Assembly: GCF_021869535.1 (NCBI RefSeq)
Contig: NW_026262679.1
Span: forward strand, 15,438,001 to 15,502,000
Direction of reading: 5' to 3'
Length of the DNA: 64,000 nucleotides
DNA from: Mytilus californianus
Taxonomy: Eukaryota
Shown here piece after piece: positions 31,730-44,900 of this stretch. The notes beneath the pieces were generated by a model. It saw nothing but the letters and a program-made list of their open reading frames with translations. It did not search any database and had not been told where the DNA came from. Each line of letters starts with the position of its first letter. Position 1 is the stretch's first letter. Made by a program: the position numbers and the translations under genes.

Positions 31730-33514
31730 GGGGGGGGTCGAGAATCCCTTTCATTGATCATTGGGGAAAATGCAGTATTCAAGTAATTGTTTTTGTATTT
31801 CTATATCTAGTATTCATTATTACACCAAAATTCTTGATTTTATTTCTTTATTTTTAAAATTGCAGTATTTAAACATATTTCACTTGTCTGGTAAAATAAA
31901 AAAAAAAAACCATATAATTTGATTAGCAGGGTTGCAACTCCTTCAGACAAGGGGTGTACTTCTCAATATTGCATGTTCTTTTAAGGCAATTTTATGTATA
32001 TTTGGATTCCATAACTTTTTGTATGAAACGCACCTACAACATTATATTTCAGATACACGTATTTTGTGCATTAAGACCTATATGATGGAGTTCCTGTTGC
32101 TGAATCTTTGGTTTTCTATGTTGTGTTTTGTAGAGTGTTATTTGTCTTTTGGTCGTTTTCCGTTGTTGCCATGACATTTTCAGTTCGTTTTCGACTTATG
32201 AGTTTGAATATCTCTTTGATATCTTCCGCGTCTCTTTTATATCAATCGTTTAAAATTTAGTTTTGAAATTTCAAATCTTAAGTTTTCATCTAAATGTCGA
32301 AAAAAAAATTTTAGAATGCGCAATTTGATTTGTTTTGTTCTGTTCCGTTCCGTTCCGTTCTGTTGTTATTGTTTATCTTTATTGATAAAATAAATGTCTT
32401 GCAAAATAATTACATTGAAAGACATCAAAGAAAGTTGCATTTTGTAGTTTTCTGCATCTGCAATACGAATAGTAGAAACTGCATTCTGAGAAGAAAAGGT
32501 TGAATGCATGGCAGACTCTTTGTTATAGGTTTCAAAATACCTAATTCATTATCGGAATGGATGTAAATATATCTGAAACCAATATTTCTTCGAAAAAAGG
32601 ATTGACATCTATCATCAGTAATATTTAAATTTTAAATCATGTTGAAATTGCCATTTATCATAAGATTTTTATTAAATCGGACACGTGAAGTGATTAAATT
32701 ATATTCTGTAAGCATTGGTAAGATATCCTGATGTTGTCATATAAGCGTTACGATTATACTTTGGAAAATAGAATTGCCTTGAATCAAGTAAAACTTTGAA
32801 AACAGAGAGGAAAAAGACAGTAGTTGCATTGTTTTTTTTTTTTGAAAGACCAGCTTTAATCACAAAAAAATAAATATAGGTATGACTGACCTTCTGTTAT
32901 AAGATGAAGGAGAACCAAACATACAATACGACTATATCGCATTTTTCTGCTTTATTTAGTTCTATCTTTCAATCTTACATATACTGTAATGCTTTTATGA
33001 TATGTAAATAAGTGTGAGCATATATAGTAATAAACAGTTGTTGATTTGAATTTGTCATAAATGTATAAGTATTTGTATGGTAGATAAGTATTGTATATTA
33101 TGTTTGCTTTATTAAGTATTATTTTGATTTAGTGCCTAATAGGTGCAATTGTGAAATATTCAAACATAAATTATACCAGTAGAGATATTTTCTTTTATAT
33201 TTTTATCATGTGTGCACATGAGGTGCTGTTTGTTTTTTTTACATGCTTACATTTTCTGCTCTACTTTTTTTCTTTTCTTCTCCCATGGTTTCTAGAATAC
33301 AAATGCATGTATTTCTAGGTTGTTTTTTTTTTTTGGGGGGGGGGGGGGGGGGTTAAAAAATTTGTTTTATGACATTTCAAAATTGGAATGAAAAGTAATC
33401 TTACGTCCCTTGAAGGTCTTCTGTTACACTGAGACTAAAAGATGTGGAGTAGGAAGATGCTTTGATATATTGATGGAAAAGGATCAATGGGAAGAAGACA
33501 AAGAGGATATACAT
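21593..33514 (-). CDS. Secreted S1 (chymotrypsin-fold) serine protease with an N-terminal six-Cys beta-defensin-like module (about 396 aa, 7 exons)
   Basis: Exons 33514-33405 (signal peptide [19 protein letters not shown]; least certain), 30985-30789 (5' edge uncertain), 25929-25734 (R|IVGG, TAAHC), 25085-24989, 24092-23912 (YDIAL), 22915-22782, 21868-21593 (GDSGGP). Total 1191 nt in frame; all canonical S1 cysteine pairs present. Confidence 0.88.
22124..22660 (-). mobile_element. Non-autonomous fragments of a Penelope-like element 3' region
   Basis: gcaggatctgcttacccttccgaagcatctgagatcacc motif, the same as the sequence following the RT relic at 50330-50400; other copies at about 15100-15430, 32060-32240 and 51300-51870. 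Confidence 0.65.
26143..26186 (+). ncRNA. Minimal type I hammerhead ribozyme motif (array unit 1)
   Basis: ACAUCA CUGAAGA GAC AAUAAUU GUC GAAA U CCGG A UA^UGGUGU; predicted cleavage after 26180. Confidence 0.85.
26683..26734 (+). ncRNA. Type I hammerhead motif with an 8-nt duplication extending stem III (array unit 2)
   Basis: ACAUCA CUGAAGA GAC AUUAAUU GUC GAAA UCCGG AAAU CCGGA UA^UGGUGU; predicted cleavage after 26728. Confidence 0.85.
27231..27274 (+). ncRNA. Minimal type I hammerhead ribozyme motif (array unit 3)
   Basis: Same motif as unit 1; predicted cleavage after 27268. Confidence 0.85.
27627..27671. repeat. (TA)n microsatellite at the 3' end of the hammerhead array
   Basis: Read directly; the 3' end of an opposite-strand repeat (agaagatgtggtatgag) begins about 15 bp later. 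Confidence 0.95.
28500..29200 (-). mobile_element. 3' fragment of a Penelope-like retroelement (RT thumb region and downstream non-coding part)
   Basis: ORF 29191-28796: [58 protein letters not shown] resembles the C-terminal region of invertebrate PLE RTs; followed by the aactagctgtcagtaactgcgagtactc motif. Confidence 0.65.
29545..29664. repeat. Imperfect 120-bp palindrome at one end of a ~375-bp unclassified element flanked by microsatellites
   Basis: agattcttacat..gtggattatcggattta..gatagttaaa / tttaactatc..taaatccgataatccac..atgtaagaatct; (TA)n(GA)n on the left and (TA)n at about 29920-29940 on the right. Confidence 0.8.
30470..30513 (-). ncRNA. Minimal type I hammerhead motif of a second family, in sense orientation in the protease intron
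   Basis: Minus strand: GCAUCA CUGAAGA GGC AUUGAUU GUC GAAA U GCGC A UC^UGGUGC; intact core, 6-bp stem I. Confidence 0.8.
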
Positions 33515-35039
33515 ATGTGTATGTTGACGTTTGAAAATGATTGTTCATCTCCCGCCCTGTAATATATTGACCGTATTTGACTCTATACCCTGATTACCCG
33601 TTTTGAACTAGATAAACATCCTAACACGGCAATTTTACGTACTATCTCACAGGGTAACAGTCCATATAATGACATACTATGCATATTAAGAAGTATTCTA
33701 CCCGTAAGTCCACCAACAGTTGCTTTATATCTTTTTTGAGTAAGCATAGGCATGCTACCACAATGACCATTGATGCTTTTTGACATTGAGGTCAGAATAT
33801 TGCAGAAACACGTGTTCTACGCAATACACAAGTCTTCTCCAAATTCAGTCTGATGATTGATATTATTCTGGGGGGGGGGGGACTTTGTTACTAATGTATT
33901 TCAGTTGAAGCACTTGAAATGTTAATTTGAAATTGAAAATTTTACTCTATGCTGACATTTAAGAAAAGAGGTCGCTTGATAGCATGTATGTAACAAATTT
34001 ATTTATTGTGAAAAAATGTTTCCGTACGTACTCCTAACAACAAAATTATTATATTTAAATTTACATGTGTACGTTATTTTATTTAACGTCATTTTGTCCC
34101 AGGTTAGAGTTGTATTTTTGACATTGTTCCTATACATCTTTTTTTATTAATATTGTATCTATATTGTGTCATAGATCAAACTTATTCGTTCAGTGTATGT
34201 TTAGTTGTTTTTGTTTATATGTCTTTTTGATCGAGTTTAGCCATTTCAATTGATATTTTATAATATATCTTTTCATGTTGTAATCTTACACTGCTGTTTC
34301 ATGTTACGGTGAAGATTGGCGCCTGTTAAAACGTTTAAACCCGCTACATTTGTATGCACCTGTCTTAAGTCAGGAGCCAGTTGTTCAGTGGTTGTCGTTT
34401 GTTGGTGTTGTTCATAAGTGTTTCTCGTTTTTATATAGATTAGACCGTTGGTTTTCCTGTTTGAATTGTTTTACACTAGTCATTTTGGGGGCCTTAATAG
34501 CTTGCTGTTCGGTGTGAGCCAAGGCTCCGTGTTGAAGGCCGTATTGTGACCTATAATTGTTTACTTTTTATACATTGTGATTTGAATGGAGAGTTGTCTC
34601 ATTGGCACTCATACCACATCTACTTATTTTTATGTAAACAAATCATTGTATTTTCTTTAATGTATCTGTTTTATGAATTTATGCATTTATTAGATTTGTT
34701 AATTGTGGGCGCTTCATGGGATGAGGAAATAAAGTATCTGTATATTGTAAATAAATTACACTAACCATTGTGATTGTGAATCTCCGCAGTCACGCTGTTG
34801 AAACTTTTACGTTAGTTACCGACAAAGCTTTCGTGGGTATTTTTGTTTACCTCAATGGACGAATAACTTAGATGCGCAAAATTTTAAACAACATTTCCTT
34901 TTAAGTACAAATAAGAAATTGATTTTACCATTTAATAAATTACCGCAGACGACTTCGAATCGACCTGATATGAATAGAACACCCGGACGTGGATATGTTG
35001 TACCTTACGTTTCCGATTTATGTTGAAGATAAATTTCTT

Positions 35040-35046
35040 TATAAAA
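35040..35046 (+). promoter_or_regulatory. Candidate TATA box of the MAM-domain gene
   Basis: TATAAAA about 80 bp upstream of the ATG at 35122. Confidence 0.4.
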
Positions 35047-38000
35047 TCTAAAGTCTTTATTTGTAAGAACCTGATAACAGGAGTACTGTTTAAACCATGA
35101 ATATATCTAATCGTAAACATTATGGAATATACTTTACATGGAAATATTTTTTGTTTTTGTTTCATTTTGGCCTGCGTGCGAGGTAAGATATGGATACAGA
35201 AATATCATTTTTTTTGTACATTAACTTTTTTGTATACGTTTTTTTTTTTAATTGTTCGTAGGGTACATGTACCTATTTGCGTAGATTTTGTTTTTCCCTC
35301 CTACCTTCTTTAGTAACCGGAATAAATACGTTCCATTGCACGAACGTGATAATCATAAAACTATAAATTTAAACCTCTCGACCTAAAAAATTTGTTCACA
35401 AAGCTAGAACTTCTACATAACATGAAAGCATTTAGAACCAACTGCAAGATTCAATTGTAAAATTTCATGCCAAACAAATTGATTTTTCACAAGAATTCAG
35501 ACCAATTAGATTTGTTATCAAGTGTAATTATTTCATTATAGACACAATGAAGGCATCTAGCACAAGTAAATATGCTGCATTTGAGATATATATATACAAA
35601 ATTTTTATTTATTTTACCTCAAACAGTTGTTTTTAATACCATCAATACAGAATCTTATAATATTGCGGACACTTTTTTTTTGAATTAATAGAAAAATTAG
35701 TGAATAACAAATACATTACAATATACCACATCCACTCCCATTACGTGGCATGTTCAGGACGAGAACAAATTAGCAATTAATACAATAGATAGGTCCTGTT
35801 ATAAGGGGTCGACCGGGATGATAGGCGGGAAATTTGGAATGAAAACTGAATGTGAGGTTTATTTCATAGGGATTGAAATTTGGCCTTGCAACAGGCTACC
35901 AACGGACCCATCAAAGAGTTGTTGCAAGGGTTCTTAACTCTCTCGTGTAACTTATACAAAGACAAACAACAACGTATAACACATGGTCCAGATAGCCTGG
36001 CTTGGTTCCGACACACACACTGTGGTGGGTTTAACCAGTTTAACTTGCAACCCCCGCTTTTTTACCGATATAGACCACATACCGTAAATGTAGTGCATGA
36101 TTAATTTTTCAGTTTAGGATGGTTATTGTTAGCTGTTTGCTATCGCTCATAGTTAGATGTAATCAATAACCAGGTGGAGACTAGCTGCCAAAAAAATTGT
36201 GTTTTTTTTATTTTATAGTAAAAAGATCGCATGGTGAAATCAGTTGTGACTTTAATGAGGGTAGTATGTGTCCCGGTTGGAACTTCGAACAAAACTCCAC
36301 AATATATGCTGCTAACTGGACGATCTGGAAAGGCGCAACCTTGACAGCGAACACTGGACCACAGAGGGACCATTTAAAGAAAGGTTGCATTATAAAACGT
36401 GTTTAACAATTTCTGAATAAAGTGCACTGCATAAGAGCCCCTATGATAACAGAATACGGAAACTAGAAGTAGGACTAATTTTCTGCATATTCAATTCAAC
36501 AGGAAGGCGAGTTTCAAGAATATCCGAATCTTAACAATTTTTTAGATTACCACATATTCACACGTGTACATATGGGTTCTGTCAACTTTAAGCAGTAATT
36601 AATTAATCAAATAAAAAAGTCTTAACGTTGGTAAAAACTGTAAGTTTGAGAGATTATGGGTATTATTGAGTATTTAAACATAAAAGGGAAGAAAATCCTA
36701 AACAATTCTTTTTTGATTATACCTATGCATTGTCTGTCCCGATAGAATTTGTATTTTTCTGTTGGCAACAGTTGTTAAACAATAGGATGTGTAGCAGAGG
36801 AAAAAGAACATTCAATCTGCAAACAATCCTCCTGCAGCACAACCCCCTATAGTACAAAATGGTTCTTGCCTAATATAGCGTTGTTTGTTGCGTAAAGGAG
36901 GAGGCATGACAAACGCCATTATATGACCCTGGAATGGCAAAACAAAATTGAAATTAGTAACGCCTCTCAAAATTGATGTTATATTTATTGATAAAAAAAA
37001 CAGGTTAATACGATATGATATGGACGCGCTAGTGGAAAAAGGTCACTTATGATGTCACTATGACGTCATAAACATATTTTTGAAATTGTCAAACTTAAAG
37101 TAAAAAAGGCCATTTTACACGTAGTGTTGATCAAACTAGATATGAGACAAGGCCTAAAATCTAAAGTCTTTATTTGTAAGAACCTGATAACAGGAGTACT
37201 GTTAAACCATGAATATATCTAATCGTAAACATTATGGAATATACTTTACATGGAAATATTTTTTGTTTTTGTTTCATTTTGGCCTGCATGCGAGGTAAGA
37301 TATGGATACAGAAATATCATTTTTTTTATACATCAATTTTTTTGTATACGTTTTTTTTTTTAATTGTTCGTAGGGTACATGTACCTATTTGCGTAGATTT
37401 TGTTTTTCCCTCCTACCTTCTTTAGTAACCGGAATAAATACGTTCCATTACCCGAACGTGATAAACATAAACCTCTCGACCTAAAAAAATTGTTCACAAA
37501 GCTAGAACTTCTACATAACATGAAAGCATTTAGAACCAACTGCAAAATACAATTGTAAAATGTCATGCCAAACAAATTGATTTTTCACTAGAATTTAGAA
37601 CAATGAGATTTGTTATCAAGTGTAATTATTTCATTATAGAGACAATGAAGGCAGAGCACAAGTAAATATGCTGCATTTGAGATATATATACTTTTTTATT
37701 CATTTTACCTCAAATAGTTGTTTTTAATACCCTCAATACAGAATCCTATAACATTGCGGATACTTTTTTTATTTTGAATTAATAGAAAAATTAGTGAATA
37801 ACAAATACATTACAATATACCACATCCACTCCCATTACGTGGCATGTTCAGGACGAGAACAAATTAGCAATAAATACAATAGATAGGTCCTGTTATAAAG
37901 GGTCCACTGTAACTGTAAGTTTGAGAGATTATGGGTATTATTGAGTATTTAAACATAAAAGGGAAGAAAATCATAAACAATTCTTTTTTGATTATACCTA

Positions 38001-38957
38001 TGCATTGTCTGTCCCGATAGAATTTGTATTTTTCTGTTGGCAACAGTTGTAAAACAATAGCATGTGTAGCAGAGGAAAAAGAACATTCAATCTGCAAACA
38101 ATCCTCCTGCAGCACAACCCCCTATAGTACAAAATGGTTCTCTATGGAAAGCCTCAGCTGTCATATATTAGAGATTTACAAAACGTTATGCTGAAGCTTA
38201 AAATGTAAAGTTAAGACAGCGTGATGTTGAATTGAGTCATCAAAATGCTAACTCTAAATTACAATATGCTAAGTTGAATCTGCGCAATGTTGACTTGTAA
38301 TGACAAGTGCTTTAGTCGTGATAGTATAATGATAAGTCACGATGTTGTGATGATATGCCAAACACACGTAACGTTTGGTTTAATGTAAATGATGTGAAGT
38401 TGACGTTGCATGATGTTAGCTTGCAGATGGATATTGCTCAGTCATCCACTTCGATAGCTATGATAACAAATAAAACGAATAGCTAAACTGTATGGTGCTG
38501 ACTTGTTATTAATAAATGTTGAGCTGAGATAGTACGATGTTATATCATTGTGATATTGCGATAGGTCTATCGTACAATCTGTTGATTTAAAATACCATGA
38601 TGTACAGTTGAAAGTACATGATGTTAAGTTGAGATAACACGATGCTACACCACTATATTAAAACGAAAGGCCTACCATACAATGTGTTGACTTAAAACAA
38701 CACGATGCAACGTTGAAAGTACATGATGTTAAGCTAAGATATCAAGATGGTTTATCAGTATAATGCTTTCAAAATTGATGTTGTATTTATTGATAAAAAA
38801 AACAGGTTAATATAATATGATATGGACGCGTTAGTGGAAAAAGGTCACTTATGATGTCACTATGACGTCATAAACATATTTTTGAAATTGTCAAACTTAA
38901 AGTAAAAAAGGCCATTTTACACGTAGTGTTGGTCAAACTAGATATGAGACAAGGCCT
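35043..38957 (+). repeat. Local tandem duplication (35043-37155 and 37156-38957); the second copy lacks about 0.83 kb including MAM exon 2
   Basis: Blocks A 35043-35810 = 37156-37905, B 36638-36866 = 37907-38140, C 36967-37155 = ~38710-38957, all nearly identical. Confidence 0.9.
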
Positions 38958-41900
38958 TACCCATACATAGATATTTTATTCACATTAGCATCATTGAAAA
39001 ATACATCTCGTAGCAAAATATTTATTTGAATAAAGCCTTGGCTCACACCTTAATATTAATGACGAGATCTCAAAAAGAGACTACTTTTACAGCTTTTTCA
39101 GGTTAGCGTTAAATACAAGAAGTTATTAGCCAAAATAAATATATTTAAGACAATTGAAAGTTTAAAAGTATAAATACTATAAGGAGCTCAGAATATGATT
39201 TCTTCGGCTAATGAATAATTTGTAAGTTTAACTGTTTTATGTAACATTTTCATTTTACAGTCCTTATTCTTGACCCTCAGAACAAATCCGGGTCCGTTCG
39301 CCCAAATTCACATTGGCTCCCTTTCACGTTACCCCTTTGTACGCTCGAACCCCGCACGTGTATAGGGTTCATACGTGTTAAGGGAGCAAACGAACCCGAT
39401 ATGCTCACAACGGAGCCTATCTCCTTTTAGGTCGCATTTTGTATCTTATTACAAATAATAATAAAATATTGTAATATATAGTAAAGAAACAAAAAACTCG
39501 TTTTCTCTAAACATTACCAAAAATACACAAAAAAGCAAAAGCTGATGTTAATCTATGACACGTCAGATCAGTTTCAGACCTAGATACACATCGAAAACAT
39601 CACGATCTCGTTCTGTGTTACTCATTATTTGTTTTATCTATTTTGTAGATGGCTTCTACATCTTTATGGAAACTACAAAGCAGAAACATCGAGACATTGC
39701 CATGTTTTATTCTCCTGTAATAGAACAAACAGATCAGGTTGTCAATGTCACATTTTGGTACCACATGCATGGAATATTTATCCAGAGTCTCAAAGTATAT
39801 GTCTTTCCGGGTAATGAAGACCAACAGCTTGTTATGGCTATAAATTATGAACATGGAAAGCAATGGAAATTAGCTGTTGCATATTTGGAACATATTGGGC
39901 CTTTCAAAGTAATTAAAAATATTAGTTCATAAGTGAAAGTTGTTGTGTTGAAACATAAGTTCACCATATCAATTTTCGACTTATTACATGGAATGATGAT
40001 GATGATAATGATAATAATGATGGATGACTGCTTAACGTCCAGCGGCAAATTAATATGCATATTCAGGACGAAAACATGTTAATGTAATATGAAATTTAGC
40101 CCTGCTTTGTACTAGACCGACACGCTGAGCCGGATTTTTAACGTGCTAGTTCACAAGGTAACAGTCCGCAGGAAGACATGTCATCTTACCCGGACACATT
40201 ATTCTGACTCCGAGCTAACCAGTCTTTGCTATTACTTCTTAATGCCGCGTGCTTTGCGAAGAAGCAGCAAATACCAATTTTAAAGTCTTTGGTTTGACCC
40301 GGCCGGGGTTCGAACCCACGACCTCCCGCATTCGAGGCGAACACGAGACCACCGAGGCGGTTACATGAAATGAATTTGACTTTTAAAACATTCACGGCAT
40401 CTAGATGTATGTGTGTTGTTACCCTTTCGACGTAGATTTTCGACGTATACACGACATCTTTTTTCATTCATTCATATGAAATAATTTAGGGAATAACGTA
40501 ATTTTATCCATAAAAGAAGCATTAAAATATCTTTTCTGTACATTTGGTACTTGTATTTAAGAATTTTAGAAGCTATTTGGTTTATTGATTGTTTGTTGTT
40601 TGGTTTACGCTCAGTGGCTTATGTTTCATTCATTTTTGTAACGAGAACAAATAAAAATAAAAGAAGATTGTGTCTGAGGACACGAATGTCCATACTCAAG
40701 CTTTGCAAATTTCCTAGTTAAAAAGGGGCATAACTCTAGAACTGCATGTGAATCACCGCCCAAATTTAAACTCTGTCTGCAAGTATTAATTCTTAGCATT
40801 GTATATGAGTTTCATAAAATTAAGATGAGGAAAACTTATGTTAGAGTGTGGAAACGAAAATGGGACGGATGGAAGGACGGAAAGACTGAAAGACGGAAGG
40901 ACGGAAGGTCAAGGGTAAAACTTAATGGCCCTTTTGCCCACGGCGGTGACATAAAAATGAAACCAATAGACCGACTTTGCAAAGTGTAATGAGATTGCAC
41001 GGAACTTTCGGACGGGAAAAGAGAAATTATGGTATGTTGGACAGGCGTAGAATTTATGCCGTGCAACAACTATCGACGGAACCCTAAAAGTTGATGCGAA
41101 TTCCTTAAGTTTTCAAACCACCCATTCACTAGCTCACATTCTGAACAATTGTTATAGAAGCTCTACTTTGACAAAAAAATTGTGCTTTTAAGTTTTGGTT
41201 TACTTAAACTAGCAAAGGAATTTACACGAATGAAACTTTTTTTTATTGAGAAATATGTTTTTACCATTTTGAACACTAATTTATTTTTTTATGAACTTGC
41301 ATACACATTTTTTAGTAGCGGGGGACTTCCGGAAAACCATGTGTCACTAAAAGACTATAAACTTTGCTTGAAAGCTGGCATGTAAAAAGTTGACACATGT
41401 ATAATTCAGAATATATACGGTTTTCTTAAGATAAAATATTTAGGGAGCTGTGAAACAGCGGTTGAATATAAAGTGATTTTGAATTGGCGGTGTGACACCT
41501 TAATTTGCAAAGAGTGTATCACTTTCCCTTTACACGGCATTGGTTTTAACGTTCCTATTCCGAATGGGTGTGACTGCTGGTTCCTTACACCGCTGACGAG
41601 AACCCCTCGGACCGCGTAAACTGGTTACGATTTTTATAACTCGAATACTCTCAGTAATAAAATTATTTTTGAGATATTGCTAAACTAATGTGGGACAAAC
41701 GTCAGAAACACAGTAACCTAGATCCATCATCCCATATACTGATTGTTCATCTAGAGGTAACAAAACAACCTTCAATAAAACAAAGAACGAGATGACAGGA
41801 ACTATCAAGAATACCACACAATAAAACCGACCACATTTACCATCAATAACCGAATCCTCAAAAAAAAACTGTCACAAAGACAAACAACATGGAACAAAAC

Positions 41901-44900
41901 ATGCTCCAGATATCCTACTTGACAACACAGTCGCGAATTAAAGAACGTGTTCATTTTCTGAAAAAAAGATGAAAGTATATGTTTAAAAGCTGTTGATTAT
42001 AAAATATATATTTTCTTGTTCTCTAATATCAACCAAAAGACTTTAAAATAGCTTTCATACAAGACAAATGAGCACGATGAAATAAAATTGTCATATTTTA
42101 GTACAAAAATTATATGTTTATTATATATATTCTTTATCGATGCATTTTAAAGATAGGTTTCCAAGCAATGGTAGGAAGTACTGCTTCGGATATTGCTGTT
42201 GATGATATCACAATAACAGGAGCAGGTATTATTGCTAATCATTTTGCAAAATGATATTACTAACATTCAAAGATCGTGACAAATATGCATAAATAAAGTT
42301 TTCATTCAACCATTTGACTTTGCATAACCGGTTAAACTAAAGAAAATGATAATCATAAAACTTTTCTGTGTAGAGCTTTAAATGAAGGTAGATTTTCGGT
42401 AGTCTTTATACACATTTTATGCCCTTTAAAGTATTGAATAGTTTGAAAATAGAAAACAAGATTAATATGTTAATAAAAATGTGAGTACATATAGAGTAAA
42501 AAATAATGTAAATATGCTGTTATTTAGAAGAATGGGATGTTTTCATTCTATCTCTAAGATGTTGAATTTTGTTTTTTGTTTTGCAGAAATATATCATAGT
42601 TCCACTACCTTTGGTAAGTTTGTTTTCTATATCAGTCTTCCTCTTGCCTCGGCATATTATTATTGTAGAAATATATTATCACTCTACTCCCTTGGTAAAT
42701 GTTGATTATACAAATATATAGTTCTGCCTTGCATTTAAAATGTTCTTGTAGATTATGATTCTTTTAATTGTCTTTTTTTAAGTATAAGTTTTTTTGATAA
42801 AATTAAACCATCCTTCCTCTTCCTTTTTGTAATTGTATAAAGATATCACATCTCATCCTATTATTCTTATTAACGGTAGAAAAACATGTATATTATCATC
42901 CGTCTATTCCTCTTTGTAATTTGTTAATTTAAGATTTATATCATCTGTTTACTCCTCAATTGATTTCTTCTCCTTCCTTTAGTAATATGACAATAAAGAG
43001 ATCTGGTATGATTGCCAATGTGACAACTGTCCACCAGAGACCAAAGGACGGGGATGTGAGCAACTATAATAGGTCACCATACGGTCTTTAGCAATGCACA
43101 TAAAACCTGTCAATCACGTGCAGCCCATGTTTTATTGGAATTAGAACAAAGCGAAAGAAGAACTTCATAATAGAATTGAAAGTTAGGGAAATTGTGACAA
43201 TATTTTATATAGCAACTTTTATTGCTGTTTAAAAATATTTGATTTCCAGTCAAAGTGTTAAGTACGCGTCAGGTCATACCTAAGTAATAGAACACAGCAG
43301 GTAAACATTTGCAATGTTAATTCTGATAAAAAAGATGTGAAATTTGATGTCCTCCAAGGATCTATACTAGGTCCTCTATTATGTGTCTTATTAATAAATG
43401 ACCTTCCCCTTGCATTAAAAATTGTAAAACAGACTTGTATGCTGATGATACTACTCTTCATAAATCCGGGAAAAACATAGAAAATTTACGTGATGATGTA
43501 CAAGAAGATTTATGCAGAGTTGAAGAAAGGTGCAAAATGAATAAAATGTTCATCAATACTAAAAAGCAAAATATTTGGTTACTGGAACAAGTCAGAAGTT
43601 ATCAAATCAATCTTTTCAACCAAATTTACAAATAAATTCAGAAACACTACATCATGTGAAAAATTATTAGGTGTTAAAATTGACAGCATACTTAGCTGGA
43701 CAAATCAAATTAATCAAATTTGTGCTTGCATTTCATCAAGAATATACTTTCTTTCTAAATGAAAGAAATCTTTAGATATTAATGCCAGGAAAGCATATTA
43801 TAATGGGTAAATGCTGTCGCTCATCGATTACTGCTGTATTGTTTGGGGAGAATGTAAAAATGAAGGGATAATAAGAATATTAAAACTTCAAAAAAGAGCA
43901 GCAAGATTAATTCTTGGTGCAGACCCTTTATCCCCATCAGCCCCCTTATTTAAAGAACTTGGATGGATGACAGTAGAAAATAGAATCAAATACCACAAAT
44001 ATTTACTGCTATATAAATGTATGCGGAAAGAAGCACCACAGTACCTACTTCAAAAGTTTCAACTTTTCTCTGTTAATAATCATTATGCTTTAAGGGGTGT
44101 TACTCAATGTAATTTGATAGTTCCTAAACCAAAACACTGAACTGTTTAAACAATCTTCGCTTATTCTGGATCAGTTTTATGGAACGGACTACCATATGAA
44201 ATGCGTAAAGTGCAAAACACTTTTTGTTTTAAACAAATTATAAAACGATACTTGAGGCAGTCCCAATATTCAGTCTTGAAATGATTGCAACTATTACTTT
44301 TTTGGAATGTATGATTTTGATTTGTATATAATATCTATTTACTACATGCACTCTGTAACTGTTTTATATGTTCTAATGGTACATGTACACTGAACTATCA
44401 TGACTATACGATTGTGAACTGACTATGTGTTAATATGTTGTATGTTTGCTTTTTTTTCTCTTATTATTATTTTTTTACTTGTATTGTATATGAGGGCCTC
44501 AGGGAAGATTAGTAATTGTAACTAACTGCGTTTACCGCTTAAAATAAAGAATTTATTATTATTATTAAAAGAAACATTTAATACAATACCATTTCTCATC
44601 TTAATATCTAAAGTTCATAGTCTCGGTTATTTTATTGTAGAAAAACTATCGCCTGCTTCTTTGTGTACCAATATAATTATGCATTTTGTCCCCTGTTTTT
44701 TGTTTAGTTGGTGTTTCATTGACGTTTACCGAACATCTCTTTTTATTGACCCTAACGCACATAAAACAGTGTATATAAAGTGCGAATCCAGTTAGTTCAT
44801 TTTCACTGTTGTATGCGAGTATGTCTATTGTAGAATAAAGGATGATGGGAAAAACTGCGTTTGTTTACTTTTTGAAAATACAAAATAATAGATTTGAATG

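Noticed and set aside
32639-32717. Phase-1 candidate first exon for the MAM gene ([10 protein letters not shown]..)
   Set aside because: Poor signal peptide; 35122-35182 fits better and has a TATA box; this segment lies inside the protease's first intron.
32980-32984. 5-nt microexon candidate (ttacag|tatat|gtaaga, minus strand) to fix the protease phase
   Set aside because: It creates a stop codon with each phase-1 acceptor tested.
33583-33786. 67-aa minus-strand ORF upstream of the protease
   Set aside because: No recognisable domain or usable splice link; likely chance.
40290-40362. tRNA gene
   Set aside because: B box present but no complete cloverleaf; it is the head of a SINE.
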